Source: Octopus sinensis
Taxonomy: Eukaryota
Direction: 5' to 3'
NCBI RefSeq assembly: GCF_006345805.1
Contig: NC_043014.1
Location: 50,096,001 to 50,160,000, forward strand
Length of the DNA: 64,000 nt
Positions 14,217-27,272 of the stretch are shown here, one piece after another; the first letter of the stretch is position 1, and the number at the start of each line of letters is the position of its first letter. The notes under the pieces were generated by a model, which made no database searches, was not told where the DNA came from, and saw only the letters and a list, made by a program, of their open reading frames with translations. The position numbers and the translations under genes are program-made.

Positions 14217-14615
14217 CTTTTACTCGTTTCAGTCATTTGACTGCGGCCATGCTGGAGCACCGCCTTTAATCGAGCAACTCGGCCCCGCGACTTTCTTTTG
14301 TAAGCCCAGTACTTATTCTATCGGTCTCTTTTGCCGAACCGTAAGTAACGGGGACATAACACACCCCGCATCGGTTGTCAAGCAATGCTAGGGGGACAAA
14401 CACAAACACGATATTATATATTATATATTATATATATATAATATACATATTACATATATACGACAGGCTTCTTTCAGTTTCCGTCTACCAAATCCCCCCA
14501 CAAGGCTTTGGTCGGCCCGAGGCTTTAGTAGAAGACACTTGCCCAAGGTGCCAAGCAGTGGGACTGAACCCAGAACCATCTGGTTAGAAAGCAAGCTTCT
14601 TATCACATAGTCCAC
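14217..14615 (-). mobile_element. SINE A
   Basis: Reverse-complement homology. Confidence 0.85.
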
Positions 14616-14994
14616 ACACGCACACATACATATGTATTTATGTATAGTTGTTTTGTTGGAACCAAAAAAAATTCACAAACTCGGGGTTTCACATTTCATA
14701 TTATCAAACTAGGATGAAATGAAAAGTAGCAACACAATCAAATGCAGGTCTAATTTGGTTCCCAAGAGCAGAACATTTATGGATGACAAGGAGAGACGTT
14801 TAGATAATTAAAGCATTAGAAAAAGAGAAAGGGATTAAATAATAATTTAGAAAAAAAAAAAAAAAAAAGAAAAACTCATTTCAGACAATGGATCAGGTGT
14901 TATAATTAGAACAACAAACAGACGGACGACATCAACAACTTAAGACAAAAAGTCGTTATGACAATGATGAAGGGGAACAAGTTGATGTGCTTGA

Positions 14995-15510
14995 ATGTGT
15001 GTATGTATGTATGTATACATATTATATTATATATATATATATACAATATATATGTGTATATTATATATATATATTGATATATATATATATGCATATATAT
15101 AATATATGCATATATATATATGCATATATATGCATATATATTACATATATGTTATATATATAATATATGGCATATATATATGCGATATATATACATGATA
15201 TATATATATGCATATATATATATATATGCATATATATACATATATGCATATATATGCATATATGCATATATATGCATATATGTATATATATGTATATATA
15301 TGCATATATATGTATATATATTCATATATGTACATATATGTATATATATGCATATATATGCATATATATACATATATATGCATATATACACATATATATA
15401 CATATATACACATATATATACATATATATATACATATATATATACACACACACACACAGACACATATATATTTAATGTGTATATTTATGTATATATATGT
15501 AAATACAAAC
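14995..15510. repeat. Compound (TATATGCA)/(TA)n microsatellite
   Basis: Visible directly. Confidence 0.95.
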
Positions 15511-16106
15511 ATACACAAGGGTGTTAGAGAGAGAGGATGGCTGTTATAAATGCAGATGCAATTGGTAAAAGCATAAAATTAATATGGAGAGATAAGGTTA
15601 GAGAGAGAGAGAAGACAAATTGCTTGTATCGTAGTTTCCACACTTGGGACAGATCATTAGCAAAACAGTCAACAAATACCAACCAGCATATTAGTTGAGA
15701 TCTTAAATGCTGTAAGCACCGACACCAACCAGTTGCTCTACCGGCAGCGAAAATTCACAAAGGAATTCTAAATCACCCGTCCAATTAACTGTGTACAGTT
15801 TTTAATGAACTTACATCAATCTAATTATAAAAAGGGGATGGGGGGAACTTACAAGATTTAGATCTCACATCAACAATATATCTTGCAATAATAAAGAATG
15901 TAGAAAAAAAAAAATATATATTTAATTTTGACAGTCAGTGGACCGAGACACAACAACGCCGCAAAAATCATGCAATGCTCATTTCCAAATTCCAAAGTTT
16001 TTTTTTTTTTGTTAATTGCTATTCTCGTTTGCATTGACAAATAAGCAGACGACGATGTGAAGGAGGAAGAAGAGGAGGAGGACGTGAGTGTGAAGGGACA
16101 TCTTAC

Positions 16107-16205
16107 TCTGTGACTCCCTCCTCAGTGGCTGCTTCCTTGTTCTCCTCTCCAGCTTGTTCTACCTCCTCTTTCTGTTGCTTGTCTGTTAGTAGAGTGGTCT
16201 CTTGA
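16107..16205 (-). CDS. NCAM: Cytoplasmic acidic (PEST-like) cassette exon: (S)QETTLLTDKQQKEEVEQAGEENKEAATEEGVT(D)
   Basis: catgctag|T...GA|gtaaga. 99 nt, phase 2 to 2, open frame, Glu-rich, compatible with both neighbours. Confidence 0.85.
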
Positions 16206-16670
16206 CTAGCATGGTGAGGAACGGTGGCGCGACGGGACGGCGACAGATGGCGGCATTAATGAAATGGCACAAAGAAAGCGAGGGGCAAAGAAATGAATGA
16301 ACAAGGTCAATGAATTATAATGTCAGTAATGGATGGTGAAAGAGGAAAAATGGGAAAAAAAAAAGAAAAAAATTTTTAATCATTAAATAAAAACAAAAAA
16401 AAGACAACGAAAAATAGATGAATAATGGAAGGAAGGAATACAAGAACAACAACAAAAATAACAACAACACAATGACAAAACTACAGGGATTTTTCTTAAT
16501 ATTTCTTTTGATATCAACTGAAAAGGTACTTGGTCCTTTTGAAACCCACCCACCCATGTACCACTCCTGCCTGTCTTAAAATATATTTGATTCAAAACAT
16601 TCCACCATAATTTCACCAAGTTATGTTCTAAACACCAAGCTAACCCTTTCATTGCAATATTTCTGCTTAA

Positions 16671-16891
16671 CCCTTTACTGTTCATATTATTCTGCCAAAA
16701 TGAATGCTTTTTTATCCACATTGTTTTGAACTAATCATGCATTATCTTGTAGCTATGAGATTTTGATGAGGTAGCTGTTAATTTTTAAAACGATACTGTA
16801 GGGTTGGTGTGAGAGACCAGATCTGGCCAGTTTGAACATAAAACAGGCAGAATACTTTTGGCTGGATATGGCCGGTTTAAATGCTAAAGGG
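16671..16891 (-). mobile_element. piggyBac-type MITE
   Basis: TTAA|CCCTTT...AAAGGG|TTAA, inverted copy of the family. Confidence 0.7.
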
Positions 16892-16934
16892 TTAAATACA
16901 CTCCCTTTCGGTTAATTTTGAAAATAATCTTTTT

Positions 16935-17325
16935 ATCTTTTTACTTGCTTCAGACTGTGGCCATGCTGGGGCACAGCGTTGAAGAATTTTAGTTGAATGA
17001 ATCGAGACCAAGATTTAATTTTTCTTTTTAAAGCCTGATACTCGTCCTATCGGCCATTTTTACCGAACTGTTAATTTACAGGGACGTAAACACACCAACA
17101 CCGGTTGTCAAGCAGTGGTGGGAGGACAAGCACAGAAACACACACACACATATATATGTATATACATGATGGGCTTCTTTTAGTTTCAGCCTACCAAATT
17201 TGCTCAAAAAGCTTTGGTTGGTCCAAAGCTACAGTAGAAGACAGTTGCCCAAGGTGCCACGCAGTAGGACTGAACCCAGAACCATGTGATTGGGAAGCAA
17301 ACTTCTTACCACACAGCCACACCTG
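16935..17325 (-). mobile_element. SINE A (diverged)
   Basis: Reverse-complement homology. Confidence 0.75.
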
Positions 17326-19448
17326 CTAAGAATTTAGTAAAATAACTTTGGTTGTTATTAAGTTGGTCTTTGGAAAATAAATTCTAATGGAAGGTTTTAA
17401 TTCAGTTCACTTTAAGACAAGAAGTTTGTGTAAGAGAACCATGAGTAGTCTGAGTAGTTTGGTATCAAAAGAAGCAAAAATGGTAATTTTCTGTTTTTTT
17501 CTTCTTTTCACAAAATTCTTCCAAACATTTTGGTTATTTACAAAATAATTGAAACACATCAACAGAGTAGTATTTAATTAAAAAACATGGACAGGAAACT
17601 CGAGCAACTGAAAATTGAAGGACGTGCATATTTTAAAAGTAAACGACGGCTACTAACGAGGAGACGACTTAATTTTGATTCTAACTGACAAGTTATTTCA
17701 TTAAGCATGTCAACGATGAAGCTACAAGCCAGATGACACGCTGATGTGTTTTGCTGCCCAAACAGTGGAGCATCTATTAACACTACAGACTTGACAGTAC
17801 TCTTATCAGTCCATCAAATGGAATTTTGTTTAACCTTTGTAACCCTAATAAACTCTAATAAATAATTCTAATGAAAAGCAACCAGTATGCTTTAGAAATA
17901 TGACTGCCACTATATCAAAAGTCCCATTTTACACTTCTGAGTTCTACAGAGATATGTTCTGTAATATATACAGCAGTAAATGAAATTTTTTATTTTTTAT
18001 TTATTTATTGAGATTTATCTGGCAAAGAACCCAAAACCCAACCCCACCCCCAACGCACAGATTTACCATCTGCAAATGACAACCTGTATTTTCCTTCGAA
18101 TATTTTATTGAAATTTACATAAAATTATTTAATATAAGTTTAAATAATTGTTGTTATTTTGTTGTGCTTAGAAAAAAACAAAACAAAAAAAAAACTATCA
18201 ATTTTCTAAATTTTCACAAATATTTAATTTTGAAAAAAAAAGAAAAAAAGGAAAAAAAGAACAAAGAACAACAAAACTTGTAGGGAGGCACCACATGAAA
18301 GGAACTCTGGTGAATTTTCCTATTGTAGATGAAATATTCTGGTGATTGATCTGTAATCAACTTTAGAAAAACAAGCATCTCTGCCAATAAAAATCAATGC
18401 AACGTGGAGCTGAAAGCCCATCAGCGAACCTATTGATTCCTATGGCTTTTGTCTAAAAGTGACGACTATAATAACTAAAGATTATTATAATGATACTACA
18501 ACACTTTGTCGTATATACAGATTCCCCTCCTTACGAAATGAACTTAACACTTTGCTTACCAAACCCATTTTGCACCGATGGTCGAATTTTGTTATAAATA
18601 ATAATAATCATCATCATCATTTAATGTCCGGTTTGATGCTAGCATGGGTGTGATGGTACCACAAGAGCCGGACAGGCCGAAGACTGTACCAGACATCTGT
18701 AACTCTTTTGGCAGAGTTTCTACAGCTTGATGCCCTTCCTAACGCCAACCACTCCGCGAGTGTAGTGGGTGCTTTTTACGTGCCACCTGCACAGGTGCCA
18801 GGGGAGTCTGGCATTGGCCACGATCGGATGGTGCTTTTAACGTGCCACCGGCACGGAAGCCAGCCAAGGTGGTGCTGGCGTCGGCCACGTTCGGGTGGTG
18901 CTTTTTATGTGCCACCGGCACAGAAGCCAGTCGAGGCGGCGCTGGCATCGGCCACGTTCGGATGGTGCTTTGACAATTGTAGAAAAACTAATGGACAGAC
19001 AGAATCAGCATCATCTTTTATTTCTACGTGTGCTGTTCATTGCCACTTTAACCAGAATCCAGCATGTTTAACCTATTCCTGCTATAATGGGAATACGGCA
19101 AGCATGTTTAACCTATTCCTGCTATAGTGGGAATACGGCAAGACAGGATTAATACATAAGGAATAGTTAAAGAAGATCCAAAAGTACTGGTTTGCAATCA
19201 GTCAATGATTACAAGCCAGAGCTGTAAAATATAATCAACAATAACAACACGCAAACCTGCAAAGATGCAGGGTCTAAGGTTAGATGTTTATTATTATCAT
19301 TATTATTATTATTATTCTTTTTTCACACTGACATGAAGGCCATATGAGGATTAGAGAAGCAATATCTTAAAATTTAAAACACAGTTAACAATTTACAAAC
19401 AGATTATTAGTTAAAATAAATATAAGTGGAAAAGTATTCTCACTCTCT

Positions 19449-19451
<3 letters not shown>

Positions 19452-19479
<28 letters not shown>

Positions 19480-19557
19480 CAAAAAACACATCTACAAACA
19501 CACACATATATGCATACGTATGTGTATGTGTGTGTATGTATGTATATATATAAATAT

Positions 19558-19629
<72 letters not shown>

Positions 19630-20000
19630 CATATATATATATATACATATATATATACACATACATACATATACATGTATGTATATATATATATTGTATA
19701 TATATATACATATACACACATACATATGTATACATGTATGTATATATATATATATTGTATATATATATATATACATATACACACATACATATGTATACAT
19801 ATATATATACACACATACATATACATATATATATACACACATACATATACATATATACACACATACATATACACATACATACATATACATATATACATAC
19901 ATACATACATACATATACATATATACATACATACATATACATGTATGTATATATATATATATACATATATATAAATACACACACATACATATACACATAG
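19452..20000. repeat. Compound (TA)n/(TACA)n microsatellite
   Basis: Visible directly. Confidence 0.95.
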
Positions 20001-20466
20001 AAAATATTTTAATGAAATCATAACAGTTTCCAAATGTTTACAATAAAAGAATAACATAATAAACAATTTCTCTGGAAGAACAAAGTGAACATTCAAAGTT
20101 AAAAATATAAACACAAGACAGGAACCGGAGAATTAGCAACGCAATATGTGGCACAACACACACAGAAAAGCATGCACGCACACATACAGTAGCGTGTTTG
20201 TGAGTTTATATATATATATATATATATGGCTAAAACACAAAATAAGAAAAGGAACTTAGCCGAAAATGAGTATGAACAGCAAACCAGGGGAGGGGATTAA
20301 CTGTCACATGACCAAGCATTCCTGCACAAAAGGGTCATGGAGTCCTTGCTTATGTGTCTTGGAAAAACCCAAGATAACCTTTTGTCTAGGTAACCTTTAG
20401 GTTTGAGACAGATCTCACGCACACACAAACACACATTTTTATATAAACATTATATATATATATTCT

Positions 20467-20848
20467 TTTACTCTTTTACTTGTTTCAGTCATTTGACTGC
20501 GGCCATGCTGGAGCACCGCCTTTAGTCGAGCAAATCAACCCCGGGACTTATTCTTTTGTAAGCCCAGTACTTATTCTATCGGTCTCTTTTGTCGAACTGC
20601 TAAGCAACGGGGACATAAATACACCAGCATTGGTTGTCAAGCAATGCTAGGGGGACAAACACAGACACACAAACACACACATATATATATGACGGGCTTC
20701 TTTCAGTTTCTGTCTACCAAATCCACTCACAAGGCTTTGGTCGGCCCGAGGCTATAGTAGAAGACACTTGCCCAAGGTGCCACGCAGTGGGACTGAACCC
20801 AGAACCATGTGGTTGGTTAACAAGCTACTTACCACACAGCCACTCCTA
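20467..20848 (-). mobile_element. SINE A
   Basis: Reverse-complement homology. Confidence 0.9.
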
Positions 20849-21494
20849 ATGTTCTGATATAAAGTGCAACACTAGTTCCCAGTCAAAATGTATAGTAAAC
20901 CCCTTCCATAACATGGAGTATAGCTGAATAGGTGAGAACATACACTGGGCTTGACAGATAGTACAACTAAATAGCTTGAGTGGATACAGGAGCGTCCAGT
21001 TTGGATAACAGAAGAGAGAAAGAAAGTAAAGTACAGTGGGAGCCAAAATAACCGGAACATTTGGCGTTAGGAAGGGCATCCAGCCGTAGAAACATTGCCA
21101 GATCAGACTGGGCCTGGTGCAGCCTTCTGGCTTCACGGATCCCAGTTGCACTGTCCAACCCATGCCAGCATGGAAAACGGACGCTAAACGATGATGATGA
21201 TGATGATGATTTTCTGGTAGCATCAATGCTGTCTTGTATGGCTGGAGGAATTGGAACTATTAGTAGTTGGTGAAATTATTGCAATCTTCAGTTGACAGAT
21301 CATGAAGAGAAAGTTCTGTAGCGCAAGGAGTGTGGAAAAATATGTTAGAGAAGGATCTCAAAGGAACTAATTTTAACACTTTCCTGGGTCTTATTTTCTG
21401 AGAAAATGCAGTTGATAAGGTGAAACTGACTTGTGACTCGCTATGATTTGAACTCACAACATACAGAAAGCAAACTAAATAAAATTGATATTGC

Positions 21495-21625
21495 CAGCCT
21501 TGCCTATTTACCATGTTACGCCAGACTTCACGGTCCATCATAGCATTACGGAGGTCCTGTTGCTGGATGCCTGTGTATCCCTGGAGATTACGTCAGGGTA
21601 GGAGAGTGTGCACCCTACGGTATCT
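21495..21625 (-). mobile_element. Second short copy of the same RTE-type 3' end
   Basis: Near-identical to 22775-22870 (ccagacttcacggtccatcatagcattacggaggtcc...). Confidence 0.7.
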
Positions 21626-22714
21626 CACTACACTCATGGAGTGGTTGGCGTTAGGGAGGGCATCCAGCTGTAGAAACACTGCCAGGTCAGACTGGAGCTT
21701 GGTGCAGCCTCCTGGCTTCCCAGACCCCGGGCGAACCGTCCAACCCATGCTAGCATGGAAAACGGACGTTAAACGATGATGATGATGATATATAGCTAGG
21801 ATGATATGTTATTGTCTTTGCCATCTGTATTAAAAACATTGATAAAATAACCACTTTTAGATGAATACAACGACTGAAAATGAAGTATTTTAGTTCATTC
21901 CTTTCAATTTTTGTCATTAAATTTTTACTAAAAAATGCAAAATTATTAAACCAAAAAAAAAAAAAAAACAACCATAACAAAACAAAAAGAAATTTTCCTA
22001 AAATATGAAATCTTTCTTTAATAGTTTTCTTGTTAACTCCAAGTAATTTATTACAAAGAGCTTCTCCAGTTTATGTACAACAACAACAACACAACTACTA
22101 CTACTACACTATGGCAAAGAATTCTAAATAATTGCATCTGTTTAGAAATCCATGTTTGTATTAGCAAAAGACAGCTGTTGGAGACGCATGTTACATTATA
22201 TTAAACATTAACCGATATCTTTTTAAAGAGCGCACGCACACACACACACGTACACGCACATGCATGTATACACACAGCTTTAATTTTTTTTACTGATTTA
22301 TCAATTAATATCTGCTTCATTGTCAGCTCCCATTCTCCCCCTCCCCCACCACCACCACACATGCTGTACAACAAGCTCTTAGTCTTTAACCAATTGTATC
22401 ATTCATCTTTCTGTTATCATCCATCTCATCATTTCTATTACCATTCATCCTTCGACAATGACACACAGACCCCCCCCACACCCCTCAAAACTCATTACAT
22501 CACATTACAAACTCATTGTATTCAATGCCCTTTCATGTTTTCCGTCAGCCTCAAAGGAAACTGCTAAATACAGAACCCCCTAACCTAATACCGGCCAACC
22601 ATTTTTCTCTGCTCACTATTCCTGCGAGGGCTTCTGGGGGTTACAGTACTCAAATACCTCCTCTGTAGGGTCCTATCAAAAGCAGTAGTCATGATGTATT
22701 CCAGCTGGATTCCT

Positions 22715-23150
22715 AAGTGTCATCATCATCATTTTTCGACTGTGGTTGAGACAATGGAATTTACTATATTACACCAGACTTCACGGTCCATCATAGCATT
22801 ACGGAGGTCCTGTTGCTGGATGCCTGTATCCCTGGAGATTACATCAGGGTAGGAAGAGTGTGCGCCCTCTGGTATTGCGAGCAGATGGCTTCCAGAGGAG
22901 AAGAGTAGAAATTATCTCGTTTTCAGCTCTACAACAATGTCCAGCAAACTGGACTCTTCTACCTTTCACAAGAGATGATACAGGTGGTAATTTCCCATAT
23001 ATTTGTACTTTGGTTGGTTGACGCTTCCACGAGAGATTTTGAGCTCTCATAAGGAGGTGAGTGTAAGTTCCATCCAACCGCCTCTCAAACGTGACCAATC
23101 TAGACAATGGATATTATCCAACCATTTCATTTTTGGTCTACCCCTGGTCT
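22715..23150 (-). mobile_element. 5'-truncated RTE-type LINE 3' end
   Basis: ORF 22844-23107 (LDGTYTHLLMRAQNLSWK..LYGKLP..RRVQFAGHC.R..LLLW.P), then NAMMDREVW and a (GAT)n tail. Confidence 0.75.
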
Positions 23151-23251
23151 ACCTATATCCCTTGTTGATAGGCTTGACTTGCAAAAATCTATATTGTGAT
23201 CCTTCCCTGTGACATTCTAATCACATCTGACACCAACACCATTATTAAGAC

Positions 23252-23278
23252 CTATAGTGTAGTAGACGTACATCGGTG
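23252..23278 (-). CDS. Candidate 27-nt microexon or short-tail terminal exon: (S)TDVRLLHY(RS*)
   Basis: Strong acceptor atttttctttctgcttctgcag only 58 nt after the TM donor. Phase 2 is compatible. The donor AG|gtctta is weak, and read-through stops at 23245. Confidence 0.3.
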   Translation of the reverse strand, partial: HRCTSTTL

Positions 23279-23336
23279 CTGCAGAAGCAGAAAGAAAAAT
23301 AAATAATGGTAAGACTGAAGATCATTGGATACGTAC

Positions 23337-23553
23337 CTTGCACCAGCTTCCACATCCGTGGACTTGTCCTTGGCAGAAGAACCTTTCTTGCAGGTGCTAA
23401 CCAAAAACATTGTAACACCTTTCTCAAACTTGAAGTAACAAATCAAGTCGAGAATTATAAGGATAATTAAGATCAGGGCAATTATCAAACCGGCAACTCC
23501 TCCAGAACTGATGCCAGTTGAAGCAGCAGTTATTGGAACTTCTTTGTTCTCTA
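23337..23553 (-). CDS. NCAM: NCAM/Fas2/apCAM-like transmembrane exon: ENKEVPITAASTGISSGGVAGLIIALILIILIILDLICYFKFEKGVTMFLVSTCKKGSSAKDKSTDVEAGA
   Basis: Acceptor ttttttag|TAG, donor AAG|gtacgt, 217 nt, phase 1 to 2. The helix followed by D-x-x-C-Y-F...G...M...C-K...K-D...E matches the NCAM juxtamembrane signature (DITCYFLNKCGLFMCIAVNLCGKAGPGAKGKDMEEG, recalled). Confidence 0.92.
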
Positions 23554-24438
23554 CTAAAAAAGAAAAGAAACAAAAAAAAAATTTTCAATTACAGTTAAAA
23601 AAAAAAAAAAATAATAATCAATATTAACAATGGTCAATGACATAACAATATCAGCAGGGGAAGAAAACATTGAAATTACTATTGTAATATGTTGGCCTAG
23701 TGGTTAGGGTCGTTCGGCTCTTCATCACTGATGTCACGAGTTCAAGTCTTGGACTGGGCAATGTGTTATGTCCTTGAGCAAGGCACTTCATTTCAGCTTA
23801 GTCTAGTCTAGTCTAGTCTAGTCAGCTGTAAACGTGTACAAGCCAATGTACGGGTGCAAGCCCTCTCTCATATTCTAGCTGCCACCACAGTCTGGATGTT
23901 GTATTGGGCCAACAGTGGGAAGGCTGAAGAAGGGTGTCTATGTCTGTATATCTGACTACACAAGCACCTTAAAACACTTAGCAAAAACATGGTGTGTGTG
24001 TGTTACTATCAGGTTATACTGACTCGCGGGACACAGCTACCGCTTTATACAACAGAACAGTTATAATAGTAATGGTTTACACGGGGGGGGGGGGGGGTAG
24101 GGACAAAGACTTTTATAGGGGGTATCAGTGAGGTTGGAAGGAAGAAAGGAGATAAACTTAGACTGGACAGTTGGCTTGAATGGGGGAAGGGAGTGCGGGC
24201 ACAGTTCATAAAAACACCCCCAAAACTAGAGCTAAGATGGGGAGGGGGTGTATTAAACTGGGAAATGGAGTAAGTTGTCCTCAAGTGGCTTCCTAACAGT
24301 TTCCACTAACCAAAAAAAAAAAAAAAATACTCATAAGCTTTGGTCAGCTTAAGGCTACAGTAAAGACACTTGCCTAAGGTGATGTGCAGTGGGATCAAAT
24401 TGAAAAGCTCATAAGTGTAAAGGGAACATCTTAATTCC

Positions 24439-24652
24439 AGTCTCACCTGTCTTAACCTCAATGTTACCTATGTTAAGTCTTATAGTCTCACCTACCTTAA
24501 CCTCAGTCTTACTTTTGTTAATGATAAGTCTTATAGTCTCACCTGCTGTTAACTTCAGTCTTACCTATGTTAATGATAAGTCATAGTCTCACCTACCTTA
24601 ACCGCAGTCTTACCTATGATAAAAGTTTTATAGTCTCACCTGCCTTAATCTT
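24439..24652. repeat. Minisatellite, 4.5 units of 45-51 bp (AGTCTCACCT...)
   Basis: Unit starts at 24439, 24484, 24535, 24585 and 24632. Confidence 0.9.
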
Positions 24653-24858
24653 AATATATATATATATACACACATATATATATGCACATATATATATACA
24701 TATACATATATACATATACACATATACATATATATATATACATATACATATATATACACACATATATACATATAAATACACACATATATATATATATCAT
24801 CGTTTAACGATGATATATATATATATATACACACATATATATATATATATATATACAC

Positions 24859-24897
<39 letters not shown>

Positions 24898-26050
24898 ATG
24901 GGGTTCTTTCAGTTTCCATCTACAAAATCTTGCCCAAGGTGCCATGCAGTGGGAGTGAACCCAGAACCATGTGGTTGGGAAGCAAGCTTCTTACCACACA
25001 GCCATGTTGGGTTTTTGTGCACAACTGTGGTGTAATTTAGAGTTGTAACATAAAAAAATATATATATCTGAAATAAATATAAGTAATATTTAACACGAGA
25101 GGAAGTAAGTAAACTGGGCTTATATGGGACATTCAATAACATACTAGATGTGTCTTTATTAGTTTTATTTAATGAAAATGTTAATTACTATACTATGTGG
25201 AGATTATAGTAAGCGAAGCAGATAACAGAATGGTTAAGAAATTTAGTTGAATGCATATCCCACGTGAAGATAAGAACTGTAATGTTTTGAATGAAACCCT
25301 TTCTTCTGAAGGGGAAATATCAGATAGAGATTAATTGATTCTTTTGAAGTGTCCACTAATGAGAAATTAATAATGTATAATAATCAGTAATTCAGAGACA
25401 TGATGCATTAAAGACCAACTACTAATGTCTTGCTGAGGAGGAAAAAAAAAATTGTAATGTTAAACTTCTTTAGTGATCAATAATGAATAATAATCTAATT
25501 TGTTAATCAGTGTGTGTAGTGGTGTGTAGGTTGAGGCCATTGACACCTGCATACCTTACTTCAATAATAGTGAGACTGGTGTGGCAAGCACCCAGTCTGA
25601 TCATCTACAGGTCAATGACTGCTGCAAAAAGGTTAGGGGGAAGAAACAGGACCCGACCCGAATGTTCGTATCCCACAGGAATCCAAGGACCAGCTAATAA
25701 ATGAGTCAACCCGAGAGGGAGCTGACACCCAGAAGGACCCAAGGACTAGCTGATAGTGTTAAACAGCATGGTGTACCAGTGTTATTATACATGAGCATCA
25801 AAGGTCAAGGTGGTAGTATCAAACCAGATCATGTAATAAAACAGGTTGCTCGTTTACAGCTAATTAATGATTATGATAAACACAAAGCAGAAAGAGAGAA
25901 CGGAAGGAAGACAGCATTTAGTAGACTCCAATAAATAAAATTTCAGCATTAATGAGAAATCTGAGAAAATAAATAGCTTCAGGTAAACATTGAAAAACAT
26001 GAAAACCATGCAATCGATTTAATTAATACAAGGCTCTTAAATACAGAGAG

Positions 26051-26086
<36 letters not shown>

Positions 26087-26675
26087 ATGCATACACACAA
26101 AACTTGATGGCATAAAAGACATACAGGTATATTAGAAGCACCTGAATTTCAATAATGCATATTCAGGGGGGGGGGGAAATAAGACTTTTTGTGTATTAAA
26201 GCATTTAATATAGGCCCAACTTTGCATATAGGACCTGGGATGATTTTTTTTTTTTTTGTGGGGTGGGGGACGTTTTATATACCATCAATTATGGCATGTG
26301 TGTGTGTGTGTGTATATGAAGGAAGAAAGATATAAAAGCTGCCAATCTCCGACAACCAACACATTAGATGTTAGTTGCTGAAACAATAAATGTTAGCAGA
26401 GAACAGAAAAAGGAAACGTAAGATACTTTGAAAACAGATTCCACCTCTCCTGTCATCCACATCAACTCGTTTCGTCCCTATCCTCCCTAGTATTTTCATC
26501 TTATTATATAAAGAGTTTTCACCTTATAAAAAAGTTGTCATCTCGTTAAAATAGTTCTCTTCTAATTAAAACAGTTATTTTCCTACTAAAGCAGCTTTTA
26601 TCTTCATATTAAAACAGTTTGCTTCTTATGCCTGACACCATTCACAGCTCAATGGTATGTTTTCTACACCAAGAA

Positions 26676-26908
26676 GGCGGCGAGGTGGCAGAAACGTTAG
26701 CAAGCCGGGTGAAATGCTTAGCAGTATTTCGTCTGCCGTTACGCTGTGAGTTCAAATTCCGCCGAGGTTGACTTTGCCTTTCATCCTTTCGGGGTCGATA
26801 AATTAAGCACCAGTTATGCCCTGAGTTGATGTAATCGACTTAATCTGTTTGTCTGTCCTTGTTTGTCCCCTCTATGTTTAGCCCCTTGTGGGTAGTAAAG
26901 AAATAGGT
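26676..26908 (+). mobile_element. SINE B
   Basis: Family homology. Confidence 0.85.
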
Positions 26909-27109
26909 ATGCTTTCTACACAAATTTTCAACAAGGAGGATTCCTCTCCTGCAGCAATTTCAACAGTGAAGGTCTTCCCACGCTTGTGTACAACACATCC
27001 CTATTTTAGCCAATGCCACTCCAAGCACTTCTTTTTGTTTTACTATATATTCCTTTCCATGTTAGCCTGCAAGAGGAAATGTTTTTTGTGTTTTATCACA
27101 TCCCCTTCC

Positions 27110-27272
27110 TATTGGCAATTCCTGACCTGGCAGTGTTTCAGGAACGTGTTACCTGTTTACGAGAAATTGTCCAGGCACGGGATTTCAGTGCCACCCGAAT
27201 GTCCAGATGCGGGCAGGATAAGGAAACTATCCTGCACGCACTTGTACAGTGCACCCAGCTTTCGGAGATGAC
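27110..27272 (+). mobile_element. L1/Tx1-like LINE fragment (zinc-knuckle region)
   Basis: Translates ...RCGQDKETILHALVQC..., a CxxC..E..H...C motif of non-LTR ORF2 C-termini. Confidence 0.55.

Noticed and set aside
24439-24652. CRISPR-like repeat array
   Set aside because: Eukaryotic DNA. The units are contiguous with no unique spacers.
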